Source: the human T2T-CHM13v2.0 reference genome, Homo sapiens
NCBI RefSeq assembly: GCF_009914755.1
Contig: NC_060934.1
Reading direction: 5' to 3' (one strand)
DNA: 64,000 nt
Numbering within the stretch: position 1 is the stretch's first letter; each line of letters begins with the position of its first letter. Under the pieces are notes generated by a model. It saw only the letters and a list, made by a program, of their open reading frames with translations, had not been told where the DNA came from and ran no database searches. A program made the translations under genes and the position numbers. Positions 15,102 to 27,419 of the stretch are shown here, piece by piece.

Positions 15102-15892
15102 TTATTTATCATAAATATTAATGCCAATTTTTAGAAACAACATTTCTTGTATTATTCTGTCTCTGAGCTTTGGTAGGAGTAGGCACGTTTAAGGAAAATA
15201 CTGCTGATGTTATGCCACTGAAAATAAGCACATAGGCATACAGCAGCTCTCTCAATCCCGAATGAGATGCATTTGCCCCTCAAGTCAGTTATTTCTCTAT
15301 TCAGTATCAAATTCATCATACAAGGCATATTATTTAAAGGTAACACCAAAACTTTTATGAGCTTGTTAATATAATAATAACATAACTGCATTTTGTCGCA
15401 ATCCACAAACCTAAAATCAGGGATTTAGCGTAGCAGCAGAGTTGCTCACTGATGCCTGCCTATCTTTCTTCTGGCACAGTTATTCTGAGCTTATCCTAAG
15501 CTTCATGTGAGTTCCCTGGATATCCACACAAATAATCATCACGCAGGCAAAACAGGAGTAATACGAATAAACAATAAAAATATTTTTAAAGCTATTAAAA
15601 GTTGTTCCTAGGTAGAAAGTATGTTTAGGCAACCACCAATAATTCATTCTGTACTAGGCTCTAATAAAATCAATCCAAATGTTCACAAACTGAAAAATCA
15701 ATTTTTGCTGATCATATTTTAATAAATCTGGAAATTAATTGCAGCTCTTTAATAAGAGAGTTTTCTACAAATACAAGCAAGTTTTTAAAAAGATCCAAAA
15801 TAATTGTTTGGTCAAAGAAATCAGAAAAATAATATCAAAGTATTTGAAAAACAATGAAAAAAATCTCTATATATCAATATATACCCAACATA

Positions 15893-16485
15893 GTTATGGC
15901 AGGCATGTTATGGCTACCTAAAATATGTTTATCGAAAGAATTCTTAAAACCTACTCCTAGGTTAGGAAACGTGGCAAACGGAAATCCGGGTTGCAGATGA
16001 AACTGTTTGTTAAGCCTCTGACAGTAAGAAGGGGAAATAGTTCTGTATCATCCAGGTGGGCCTAATGTCAGGAACAGGGTCCTTAAAGTGGAAGAGAAAA
16101 CCAAAAGACAGAACCAGAGAGATGGGATCTTGAGAAGGACTTGAACAGACATGGCTGGCTTTGAAGATTGGAAAAGAGGCTGCAAGTCCACGAATACAGG
16201 TGACTTCTATCAGATTGGTACAAAAGCGATTGCACTTCTTGCCATTTTAATGCATCAAGAAGCTCAATTACTTTTGCACCAACCTAACAGAAGCTGGAAA
16301 ATGCATGTCAACAGATTCTTGCCTATCACCTGCAGGAGGAACACAGCCTTGCTGATACTCTGATTTCATCCCAGTGATACCTATTTAGGACTTCTGAGCT
16401 CTAAAACGGTAAGACAATAAAGTTTATGCTGTTTTAAGATGTAAGGTTACGGTAATTTGTTACACAGCAATAGGAAACTCATTGA
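15893..16485 (+). mobile_element. MLT1D-like MaLR LTR
   Basis: tatcatccaggtgggcctaatgtca...gtccttaaagtggaagag...gctggctttgaagattgg...gaacacagccttgctgatactctgattt...ggtaatttgttacacagcaataggaaactca. Confidence 0.85.
16210..16287. mobile_element. MADE1 (Hsmar1 mariner MITE) inserted in the MLT1D LTR
   Basis: 78-bp palindrome tcagattggtacaaaagcgattgc...caattacttttgcaccaacctaa, flanked by TA/CA (decayed TA target). Confidence 0.92.
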
Positions 16486-16589
16486 AATATGTTCTAGCTT
16501 CAAATATTTTTATGCAATAAAAACAATCTAAGCCTTCACCTCATATTTCTTAAGTTCAAAAATATGTTAAATAAAAACCAAAGCACCCA

Positions 16590-17265
16590 GTGGCAACAAT
16601 ACCCCAGTAGCAGCAAACACACTTAACACCCATCTTGGTTTCTAAGACCATTCTCCAACAAAATGAACCAGCACACTTTCAAGAAATGGTAGATTCTAGG
16701 ACTGAAGCAGAAAAAATATAAGATAATTCCAGAGCATCTTGTAGTGCCAGAAAATAAGGAAGTTCTCAAAACAAAGAACAGCAACAGAAAAACAAGTGAA
16801 GCAAAACACAATATTTATATTCTGTACTGTTGATATGAGTTAAAAAAATGGTATTTTAACCCTCTAGTTTTTCTCTCCAACCCCAATCTAGTATAAGAAA
16901 AACAGCAGACGAACACCAGGTGAGGGAGAGTGTATTAAACACCTGGACGGTACTCCGCAAATACGACACAGTCACCAAAGACAAGTTTGAGAATCTGTCT
17001 CAGACAAGGTGAGCCTAAGACAGCATCACAGTTATAGACAGGATCCTGGAGTAGAAAAAGGCCCTTAGGTGTGCAACAAAGTAATCTCAATGCAGTATGC
17101 ACTTTAGTTAACAATAACATGTCAGTATTGATTTATTATTTATATCAAAAGTACCATACTGATGTAAAGAATTATCGTACTAATGCAAGAAAAGAGAACG
17201 TGGGGTATATAGGAATCTACTGGTTTTTTTTTTCTTAAAAATTGTTCTAAAATTAAAAAGTTTAT
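16590..17265 (+). mobile_element. L1MC-family 3' region fragments
   Basis: accccagtagcagcaaacacac...cttggtttctaagaccattctcca...ccagagcatcttgtagtgccagaaa...ggatcctggagtagaaaaagg...ctaaaattaaaaagttt. Confidence 0.75.
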
Positions 17266-17549
17266 GTAAAAGTTGCATAAGAAAAAAGGAAAATAAAATT
17301 TTAAAAACAAATAATTAATATATTAGAAAATGTAAAGTTAAAGTTGTAAGAAAATAACAAAAAAGTCTGGTTCTTTATAAAATATAATCACAGAAAAATC
17401 TTGAATATACTCATTCATGTGAAAATGAAATCATTAAGTAGGAAGAAGATAGAAGAAATTCAAAAAATGCTTAAGAGGCTTAGCAAACAATTTAGCAAAA
17501 AATAAAAATTTAATATAATTTTGCACATGCATTTTTAGTTTATATGAGG

Positions 17550-18200
17550 TATAAGATGTTGTGGTGGACCCAAGGGTACTGAATCGTTATTCTTACAGTT
17601 GACAAATAGAGAGAAAAGCTAGTAGGTATCCGGCCTTCTCTGAGCTATTACTTTAGTGCATTCAAATAGTTGATGGGAAAGAAATCCTTCATTATAGACA
17701 AATTCCAATTAATTATAGAAGGACCAACAGTATTAGAACATCACAATTTTACAATCCCCGATGAAATCTTTTTTAAAAGAAACTATCAAAAACAGCTGCT
17801 AAAACCATTAATCAAAACTTTGTGAACCTGTGGACCTTATTTGAGCATCACCATTAATCAAAACTTTGATGTGAAACTTTCCACTAGGAATATGAGGCTG
17901 AGCACACTGATTTAACTTTGGTATCAGTGAAGTGGGACAATCAGAAACCATGGCAAATAATGTGATGAAAGGGAAAGCTCATAGCCTTGCCTATGAATCC
18001 TTTTGTGTTCAAACAATTAATCCCGAATCTAAGCAAAACATTTGCTCTTAATACTAGAATATAGAAAAGTGCTGGAAAACCCTTGGCCAAATCATAAATG
18101 TGCAGGTGGACAAACGTCCTAGTGCCCCACGCTTAGATGAACATGGTATTGTAATAAACCACTTTGACCAATACATGAGTGGTATAGCAAAAAAGATAGG
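17550..18200 (+). mobile_element. L1MC4/5-like 3' region fragment
   Basis: tcaaatagttgatgggaaagaaatccttcattatagacaaattccaatt...catcacaattttacaatcccc. Confidence 0.5.
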
Positions 18201-18408
18201 AAAAGGAAGGCCCAGGAGTTGGGCATTGTTGCTATAGCTGCCACTTAGGAAAGAAGAAATCGGGTAATGAACTATCAGCCAACTCCTCATTGATTTTTAG
18301 CATTTTCAGACTTCCTTTCTTCAACCATGAACCTTAATACCAACACCATAAATAGCAGATTAATAGGTCATTTTGTATCAGGATATCAATTATAAAAATC
18401 CTGTAGTT

Positions 18409-18702
18409 GGCTGGGGACGGTTGCTCACGCCTGTAATCCCAGCACTTTGGGAGGCCAAGTTGGGCAGATCACTTGAGGTCAGGAGTTCAAGACCAGCCTG
18501 GCCAACATGGTGAAACCCCATCTCTACTAAAAATATAAAAAATTAGCTGGTGTTGTGGTACACACACACCTGTAGTCCCAGCTACTCAAGAGGTTGAGGG
18601 TGGAGAATCACTTGAACCTGGGAGACAGAGGTTGCAGTGAGCCAAGATCGCATCACTGCACTCCAACCTGGATGACAGACACTCCATCTCAAAAGCAAAA
18701 AC
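18409..18702 (+). mobile_element. Alu (AluSz-like)
   Basis: Full dimer; TSD aaatcctgta(g/a)tt. Confidence 0.95.
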
Positions 18703-19646
18703 AAATCCTGTAATTGTATCATTTTAAAAATTAGTTTTCTTGATTCTTGCCGGGGCCAGAGTGTTATCCTTTTTTATGTTTCCCATGTGAAATAGGATTT
18801 ATCTGACGTACTCACATCTGAGTTTCTCAATGAAGGGTTGTAACTTCAGAAACATTAATAAAATACAACAATTCCCTTAGCGTAAGGTGTGAAACTTTAA
18901 TTAAAAGATGCTTACTTAATTTACAATTGGAAAAAGTGAGTTTGCTACCACTTGGTGTTGAAAACTTACACAAGGGGAGGTTCCTGGGTCCTCCACCTTT
19001 CATTGGTGTCAAAGGCTCGTATTATGATTAGGGCTATGCAGGCTACATGGAGCTCATCTGCAGACAGTATCAGGACAGGAAGATCATTCTACCCTCCTCT
19101 CTAAGATTTACAGTTACATGAGCAGAAGGAAATGATATGGATTCTGAATTTCTACTAAATAAATAAAATACTTCACTGGCTTGTTCTGTAATACAGCTGG
19201 TCAGACAACATTTAATTGCCTTTAATTCATGCTTATCTTAATTAATGTTGCCTGTCAGCAAGTGGCACTTATAGGTAAGAAATTCTTCCCTAGCCTAAAA
19301 AACAAAAGTGAATCTCACTGACTGGCTGGTTCATCGAGAAGCATAAATTCTACTTCAGAATGGGGTTTCTAAAAGATTAGAATCCAAATAATGGGAGATT
19401 CACTAGAAGAAATGGTCAGTTGGCTGGACTTTCCTTGAATGACTAGTCTTATCTAAATCAGGCTGCAGTATTATTGAGTTAACATTTTGCAGAATTAACT
19501 CAAATAGAAAATTTGGTTTATCAATCAAGTGGAAAATGCGGGGCTAAGAAGTCATTAGTCTTTTGCTCTTTTTCATTTTTCTTTTTTTCCTATCTTGGAA
19601 TGAATAAATGAACTATGAAAAATTTTAGAAAAATCGACTATGATAC

Positions 19647-19843
19647 ATATATATACATATATACATACATATATACATATATATACATATATATACATAT
19701 ATGATACATATATATGTATGTATACTATGATACATATATATATACATGTATATATATATACATGTATATATTCATGTATATATATATACATGCATATATA
19801 CATGTATATATACATCTTATATATACATGTATATATATATATA
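19647..19843. repeat. (TA)/(TACATA)n compound microsatellite framed by a 20-bp direct repeat
   Basis: agaaaaatcgactatgatac at 19627-19646 and 19844-19863. Confidence 0.95.
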
Positions 19844-20269
19844 AGAAAAATCGACTATGATACTTTTTTCTTCTTCTCTTTTCATCCTTGAATCTTGACA
19901 AAGCAGATCTCATATGCATTCCTAAAAGGGAACTTGTAGCACTTCTCCTGAGAATATGATGCTCTAAAATATCAAAAGAGAATAAAGCAATTTAATGTGC
20001 TTCATAAATTCCTACCCATGCACATCTTCCTGCTTAATCGTTTGTTAAATCTTCTTACCTAATCACACAGAGAAAGTCAGGTTTGACTTCCTGAATGCTT
20101 ATAACACCTGTCTAGACTTGTCTGTTTTTTAACTTATCTGCATAAAGCACTATGCATGCTTCTTATATACTAGTATGTTCTCATTTCTATGTCCTTAACT
20201 AAACAATGCTAATAACATTTTACATCAGGACCACTGGTTGTTATAAATATATTTACTCTTTATTGTGCT

Positions 20270-20862
20270 ACTGTTTTTAGCTCCACATTTGCCTTGATGA
20301 TGCTTCACTGCAAACCATCCCAAGATTCAGTGGTCTTAAACAATAAGACTTTACTTAGTGCATGAGTTGGAGGGTCAGTGACTGGCAAGGTTGAGTGGTC
20401 CTCCTGGTCTGGGCTGGGCTCACTTACATGTCTAGGTTGGGCTGGCTTTTGACCTAGACTGACCTTAAAGATGGGCAGCCAAGTCCTTTTCCATTCTTCT
20501 CATCTCTTCTGCTCCAGAAGGCCTTCGCAGGCTACTGGGAAATGGCAGAGGAGACTGATCTACCCAAGTGATCTGCCCAACTTGGCCTCCCAAAGTGCTG
20601 GGATTGCAGGTGTGGGCAACCGTCGCCAGCCAATTACAGATCCTAAGGCAAATGCACAGCCTCCAGAGGCCCAGATCTGGAATGGGGACATCTCCACTCT
20701 GCTGGGTGGTCTCGGCCAAAGCAAGCCATTTTACGGGGCCAAATTCTAGAACAAAGAGGAGACTGTGACGGTTTAATTTGAGGGACCACAAGGTCACGTG
20801 GCCAACAACATAGCTAGGGAAGCTTGAGAAATAGCAACATTGAAGCAACTAGTCTATTCCAG
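20270..20862 (-). mobile_element. MLT1 (MLT1H-like) MaLR LTR
   Basis: caaaccatcccaagattcagtggtcttaaacaataag...ctgggctgggctcacttacatgtct...ggccaaagcaagcca...caaggtcacgtggc. Confidence 0.7.
20564..20631 (-). mobile_element. Alu 5' fragment (about 68 bp), no tail
   Basis: caagtgatctgcccaacttggcctcccaaagtgctgggattgcaggtgtgggcaaccgtcgccagcc. Confidence 0.85.
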
Positions 20863-23369
20863 CTACCAATGAAGGATCTTAATTCAACCCCAAGGGCCCC
20901 AAAATTATAAAAAGGCCAACATCATTTTGTAGGAATAAAACCCCACGGTAAAGAATATAACTGATAAAATATTAACCTGAAAACCAGAGTCTTAATATAT
21001 GTATTAAAAATCATCTTCAATCCTTTATTTACACTGGAATGCATCATCACAGTTGATGCATGCAACACATTCACCGTTTGCCAGCTCTGTCCCAACAGGT
21101 TTCCAAACATTAACTCATTTAATCTTCGTAACACGACCGCTATTAGATCTACACTAAGCCAGGCACGTGCGGCTTCCCCATCCACCTTCCTGCCCATGAA
21201 GGCAAGCTGCGTTATACATGAAAAATAAAGAGCTATGTCAAAATAGATCAGGACTAATTTCCATTCACCTAAAGTTTGTCTACTGAATGTGTTTCTTTTT
21301 CTGTCCAAAGAAATCAGTTCATTTACATTTTCTGTAAACTTAGTAAACAATCAGGTTTTCATCTTTTTTTTTCAATTAGGCTATAACTAGATAGGTAGAA
21401 AATAAAAAATATACACTTTTTAACTGTGAAGTTAAAATAAATTGTAGAATGGGCTGCAAGAAGCACAAAGGCATTTCATTTCATTTTTCAAGTACCATTT
21501 GCAGATGTGTTTCACATATTTAATATCTTCCTCCAATGAAGAAGAAACAATAAACAGGAAGGCTCAAAATGGGCTTAAAAAAATCCTTGAAAATCACCAG
21601 GTATTATCAGAGCCAGTATTGTAATCATCATGATATGGCGTCAAATGTAGCCTTATCGAAATTGAAAAAAAAAATGGCAACAACAAAGCCCAAAATCTTC
21701 ATGATGTTCTGTAGCTTGTTCTATATTATGAATGTACTAATCTCATGCCACCTTTCTAAAAATGTTTCTACCTATTGAAAAAGCTATGCCAAGAATAGTA
21801 TCAGGTTATTTTTCTGGTTGCTTTTTGTAGGCACTATTCCTTTTCATAAGTAAATTATGAAACTCGGCACTGCCAACTGTGTTACTAAATTATATGATTG
21901 TGATCTCCATCAAAGAACGGACTACACTTGTAGCAGAATGGTTGATTGTAGGAAGCACTTTTAACTTCCCACATAATTCCATGATCTGATTTCCCCATAG
22001 AAGTTTTAACCATAGCATATATGTACATTCAGACTTCTTATGGCAAATGAGTTGTCAGATTGCATATTTGTATATTTTAAGGAATATTTGTCAGAATTTA
22101 GGCAAATAATCTATCTCTTCTAAATATTAACTTTAATGTACAACTTAAAATTCTTAGATTACTCTTTAATCATGCATAGAACATTTTTTAGTGTATCTTT
22201 TGTTTATATTCCTAACCATACCCTTTAGGATCTTTAGAAACTAAACATTTTCCCAAATATTTTATAATGAATATGTATAGTTTTCATAATCAGAAAATAG
22301 ACTAAGTGTACCATTTTAACTATGAAATCTGGGAATTGAATCGTGTTTAACCCTCACAATTTATTTCCTTTTTTTAAAATGTTATGCTTAAAGGAAATGT
22401 AGGGCCCCACCTTTGGGTCTACATGGGCCACAGTGCGAGCAGAATGCTCTTCCCATTCCGATATCACAGGAGTGGACGACGACACTGAAGACCTCATTCC
22501 TTACCCTAACGTGGAACCACAATGCCAGATAACCCCACATTTCCTCTGAGGATGTGGATTCTGTTTTCCAGTTCTTTGAAACTGGCTCACCCTGTCTGTC
22601 GTTGGATGATGAATGTGATATAAATAGCAGTGAGCCGGTCCAAGCCTTGGCTGGGGGCCTTGGTGTTTCACTTGCTCTCTCTCGCACCCTGTCCTGCCAT
22701 CACTACGGGAAAATGCCCAGCCTTGGAGAATGACAGGTGCGAGCATCCACATGGTCTCCTAGGGAATGCCCTCCTCAATGGGCCAACAGCCAGCTGACAC
22801 TCTGGCCGGTGAGGGAACTCCACACATTCAGCAGGGCTCCCCCAGCCGCTGTCCCCAGACGCAAGCACAATTCATGCTTGATGTTGTTTAGCACTGAAGA
22901 TTCCTGGCTGTTTGTTACACAGCCTCATGAAGGAAAAGATTATTGATATATCAGGGTAATGTTAGTGAGTCTGAATTTGGAAACATAGGATAAATGAGTC
23001 TTTGCATAAATGAAAGCTTTCAACAGGCTTCAAAGGCCAAGTCTCAAAGCTTATAACCTAATCAGAGTTAATTGTTTTAGTCATTTTTATGAATAGAAAT
23101 CATATGGGTGTTTTAAATGTATATGCACCTAACATTTTCCAATTATTAAGAATCACCTTTCATAAATATTTTCTTTCCTTTTTGACAAGACCATTCACAG
23201 CGTATGTCGAGACATAAATGGCCATATTTTGCCTGTGTTTTTTTTTTTTGTTAGCCTTACAGAAAAGAAATGCCTAGAACTGAGAGTTTATCAATCAGTT
23301 CCAATGTCTTTGAAAAGGACAACCATTTAGTATGTATGAGGCATATAGAGACTTTCACTGTAGTGGCAA

Positions 23370-23610
23370 CTGTATTGGCAACTAAAGAGACTCTCATTTG
23401 GAATCCCAGCTTCTTAGTTATCACACAACGCAATAAAATTATCTCAGCTGTATTTGCCTCACTTGTAAAATGAGAGCAACAAAATCACACATAGAAGAAG
23501 TGTCATGCACCACGTTATTCCACTCAGTTGTGCACTTACATCTATTTACTTTACACGCAAGGGTTCTGTAAACTTTCAAGCACTACGTTAATGTAAGTTA
23601 TGATCATTGT
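23370..23610 (+). mobile_element. MIR fragment
   Basis: ggaatcccagcttctta...gcctcacttgtaaaatgagag...tgtaaactttcaagcactacgttaatgtaagttat. Confidence 0.55.
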
Positions 23611-23746
23611 ACCGCCTTGTCAAACATTTCAAGCAACTTTTGCCTCTCCTATGAATTTTCTTTTCATTATGATTTGAGCTCTATTTATTTGGTTTAATGT
23701 ATTTAATTATATGATAGCGGTCACTGGCTCCTTTTCCTTTCCTCAG

Positions 23747-23838
23747 ATCTTGACACTGCTGACCAGGGACAAAATGTCCCATTGACAGTCATGCTCTGGA
23801 GCAGGATGGGCAGTGAGAGACCAGAGACCACAGGATGG
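23747..23838 (+). other. Candidate 92-nt internal exon (likely non-coding transcript)
   Basis: Acceptor ctccttttcctttcctcAG| and donor TGG|GTAAGA in non-repeat sequence; no transcript evidence. Confidence 0.4.
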
Positions 23839-24298
23839 GTAAGAAATAGCCCAGCTCAGGCTACTGGGTTGAAGAACTGCCAGAGCGTGATCGCCAACGT
23901 GCAGATTTCTGATCTACGTGTAATGTAGAAGCTGACTGTTCTGTATCTGACGTTTCATTTAGAGTCTATGAAGTAGCTTAGGCCAATTACTCATAGCCGC
24001 CTGCCCCTCCTCAGTTACCTGGACATATGTCTTGTGTTCTGGAATCAAAACTAATTCTGAATGCATATCCTGAAAACATGGGACACTTACTCAGATTTCA
24101 CTCTTGGGTGTCATTGGCCTTTTAATTATTTTCTATCAATAGACCGACCTTAGATTTACTTGTCAAAAAAAGTAAGGTCATTTTATGAGCACTTTCATTC
24201 CAATTTCCTAGATGTCTTTTCTGATTAGAAAAACCTATAAACTATGTAGCTTTGAATTTATAGAATCATTATTCCTGAAGGTTTTGCTGTCCTTTGCG

Positions 24299-24339
24299 CT
24301 CAGAGATGGTCCCACTGACTCAGAGATGGTCCCACTGAC
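24299..24339. repeat. Perfect 20-bp tandem duplication
   Basis: ctcagagatggtcccactga x2. Confidence 0.95.
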
Positions 24340-24494
24340 CCAGCATGGCAGAGCCTGTGATTGCAGCTCCAGGGGCCCTCAATTCATTTGTTTCCCTGCG
24401 TCTCCATCTCCCCATGTTATCCTGTCACCCCAAAAAGCACCTGCCTGCAACACGGTCAACAGAGTCCATCCATAGAGTCCCGCTGGTTCAGCTG

Positions 24495-24715
24495 GTTGTT
24501 TCCAGCTTTTTGACCGTGACCCACCAAGAGAAGCTCATCTTAACTAGCAATGCAAATGACACACTTATACATGTGCACACACACAGAGCACTTCAAAAAG
24601 CAACACTTTATTAACTATGCTACTTCTAAAGCATTTTAATCCCAGCTCTTAACTTTTGCAGAAAGTGTTTATAAGCATTCAATTGATTACTATTCACAGT
24701 TAGAAAAAAATATAT
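24495..24715 (+). mobile_element. MER112-like hAT-Charlie DNA transposon
   Basis: gtttccagctttttgaccgtgacccac...acacacttatacatg...aattgattac...cacagttagaaaaa. Confidence 0.6.
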
Positions 24716-24719
24716 TGGT

Positions 24720-24900
24720 CACGTATGTGGTAATAAAACTGCAAAGTGTACCGAGCATCGGTTCTTCACACAGTAATTCTTCACAACAACCGTCAAAAAG
24801 CGTCAGAGGCATACTAAAGTGAATGGTGGTCTGAGCTCACAGCCTGTGGGTGGCTGAGTGGGCCAGTGAGGGGCTGGTCTGGCTGGAGACCGACGCCCCT
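24720..24900 (-). mobile_element. MIR fragment
   Basis: taattcttcacaacaacc...gtctgagctcacagcc. Confidence 0.4.
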
Positions 24901-25950
24901 GCAGTGAGTTGCGGGTTGTTCTGTGCACCCATCTGCACCTTTGCATGTCAGGGGCTGCCTGGGAGCCAGTCTAGAAGGGCCAGAGCTGGGAGAGTGGAGA
25001 AATTGACTCTGTCATCCACCTTGATAACCCAAATATATTCTTGGAATCACGGGAAAGGTCAACAGAGACAGGAGGATTTCTCCAGTGCGTTTCAAGGCCT
25101 CCACTTCCTTTATCTCTCCTGACAGCTCCTTGGATACAATGTCACAAATCTTGGCCTGAGCAAGAATGTGCAAGTGGGAGCGAGGGTGAGAAATTGGGGT
25201 CGTTCGCATCATCTATCACAGAGTTTCATAAGGAAAACAGCTGTGACTTCCAGTGCAGTGTGCCATCCTAAGCCAAACAAGCTACAAGCAGACCCTGGGT
25301 GGTCTCAATGCTCTGGAAGGAAGCGCTCCAGTGGCAGTGTCTCTGTGGAATCTGTCATGGAAGTCAACCTTCTAAGCTGCTCAACGTCTTGAATAAATGG
25401 GGAGAGGAAGAGGAGATTCTAAATGCCTTAACTGTGGAAGAAAATACCATGTATATTAACCGTGATGTGGCTTAAAAATAAAGGCATTATTTTAATTTAC
25501 ACACTGGATAGGGAAGACACTTCCAAACTCCAATAGCCCTAGTACAGCGAAAGAAGTGGATGGAGAATTCAATTTCACACCATTGAGCTAAAAGGTATCT
25601 TTCTTCCCCAGCAACCGCTAGCAATCGCAAATATCTATTTCTCTGGTGTATTATAAAAAATAGCTACAAACAGGTCTCAGCATCCCTGGCCAGGTCAGAA
25701 TATTTTTGATTCAAACTTAGCAATGAAGAATTATTCTCCCAATATACACATTATTTTTATATTGATTTTACCAATTATTAACACATGCAGTTGATGTGGC
25801 ACAATTCTATTCAAATTTCTTTTCCAGAAAAACTTTTGTTATCTAAAATTTATATGGTGGGATCTTATGTTTGCAGTCTTTTCATATCATGGGCTATTTC
25901 CATTACTTGCAGTTTTCATAAAATGAGAATATCATTTTTTTAATGCATGC

Positions 25951-26079
25951 TACCTAATGCTAAATGAGGAGTTAATGGGTGCAGCACACCATCATAGTAC
26001 ATGTATACATATGTAACAAACCTGCACATTGTGCGCATGTACCCTAAAACTTAAAGTATAATAATAATAATAATAAAAA
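25951..26079 (+). mobile_element. Young L1PA (PA3/PA4-like) 3' end, severely 5'-truncated
   Basis: tacctaatgctaaatgaggagttaatgggtgcagcacacc...gtaccctaaaacttaaagtataataataa. Confidence 0.92.
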
Positions 26080-26467
26080 GTGGAAAACAAAATATTAAAA
26101 TGTTTGGTGCTGTATGAATTCAAACAATGTCTTTTTCATGCAACTTGCTTTTAAAAAATAAGCAGAGATGTGGCTATGGCTGTCAGTTATTGAATAATAG
26201 AGCATGCATTTAGCTATTAGAGTTCTGTATTTTTTGAGATCACCAAGCTGTTTTGAAGCGTTTGAAGATGAGCATTGATTAATCCTCTCACGCAGCCTAA
26301 GGTACCTACTGGCCATTGGAAAAGTGCCAGGAAATGGGTTTGAATATACAGAGGCTCTCGATATTTACTTGAAGAGCTCCAACATAAAACAACCGATTAA
26401 TGTTTAGAGTGACCTTTAGGAAACAGCACGGAGCACTGGAAAATCCCTTTGAAAATGAGACACATTT

Positions 26468-26816
26468 GGCCGGGCGCAATGGCTCATGCCTCTAATCCCA
26501 GCACTTTGGGAGGCCGAGGTGGGTGGATCATGAGGTCAGGAGATCGAGACCATCCTGGCTAACACAGTGAAACCCCATCTCTACTAAAAATACAAAAAAA
26601 AAAAAAAAATTACCTCGGCGTGGTGGTGGGCACCTGTAGTCCCAGCTACTCGGGAGGCTGAGGCAGGAGAATGGTGTGAACCCAGGAGACTGAGCAGGAG
26701 ACTGAGTTTGCAATAAGCCGAGATCGCGTGCCAGCAGTAAGCCGAGATAGCGCAGCGCTGCACTCCTGCCTGGGCGACAGAGTGAGACTCAGTCTAAAAA
26801 AAAAAAAAAAAAAAAA
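26468..26816 (+). mobile_element. AluY with two internal tandem duplications
   Basis: AluY diagnostics (gagatcgagaccatcctggctaacac, agaatgg); long linker; TSD gagacacattt. Confidence 0.95.
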
Positions 26817-27419
26817 GAGAGACACATTTGGCTATAATCCCCAACATTACCGAGTAACGGTTTGAACTTTGGGAAATTTACTTCCATCCTGATTCCTGAT
26901 TCCTAATCCATAAGGAATGATGAAACTATTTAGAGGGCGGGCATGTTATTTATGCAAATAAATAGAAAATAAACTCAATCAATAGAACATTTTAAATGAA
27001 TTTTCTGGAATTAGAGGTAGTCTGGGCAGTGACTCTAGTTTATTCTGTCTGATGGCATTATATGTTCAGTGATTTTTGACTCCAGAACTTGGCGTCACAA
27101 AGAAATTGCCAACTATAAGGCCGGACTGCGTTGCCAGTGCTAGAAAATTTGATCTAGAAAAAAAAAAAAAAAAAACAAATGAAAGCAAGGGGATACATTC
27201 ATAAAAGTAATCTTATGCCCTGCCCTCTTCAGCAGGATGGGATGGTCAGCCTCACTGCTAAGGCTGGAATCCTTTACGAGGCTTTGTCTGTGGTAATTAA
27301 AAATGATTGACTTTCTTAACGATGACTTTATATTCCTAATTTTATTTTTGTGAAAACAACTTACAAAATTAAGTCACAAAAAGTTTTTTTTTGTTGTTCA
27401 TTCTAGTGGAAAAGCCAGG

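Noticed and set aside
25951-26079. Active or intact L1
   Set aside because: Only about 130 bp of 3'UTR; every other L1 piece in the window is old and has disrupted ORFs
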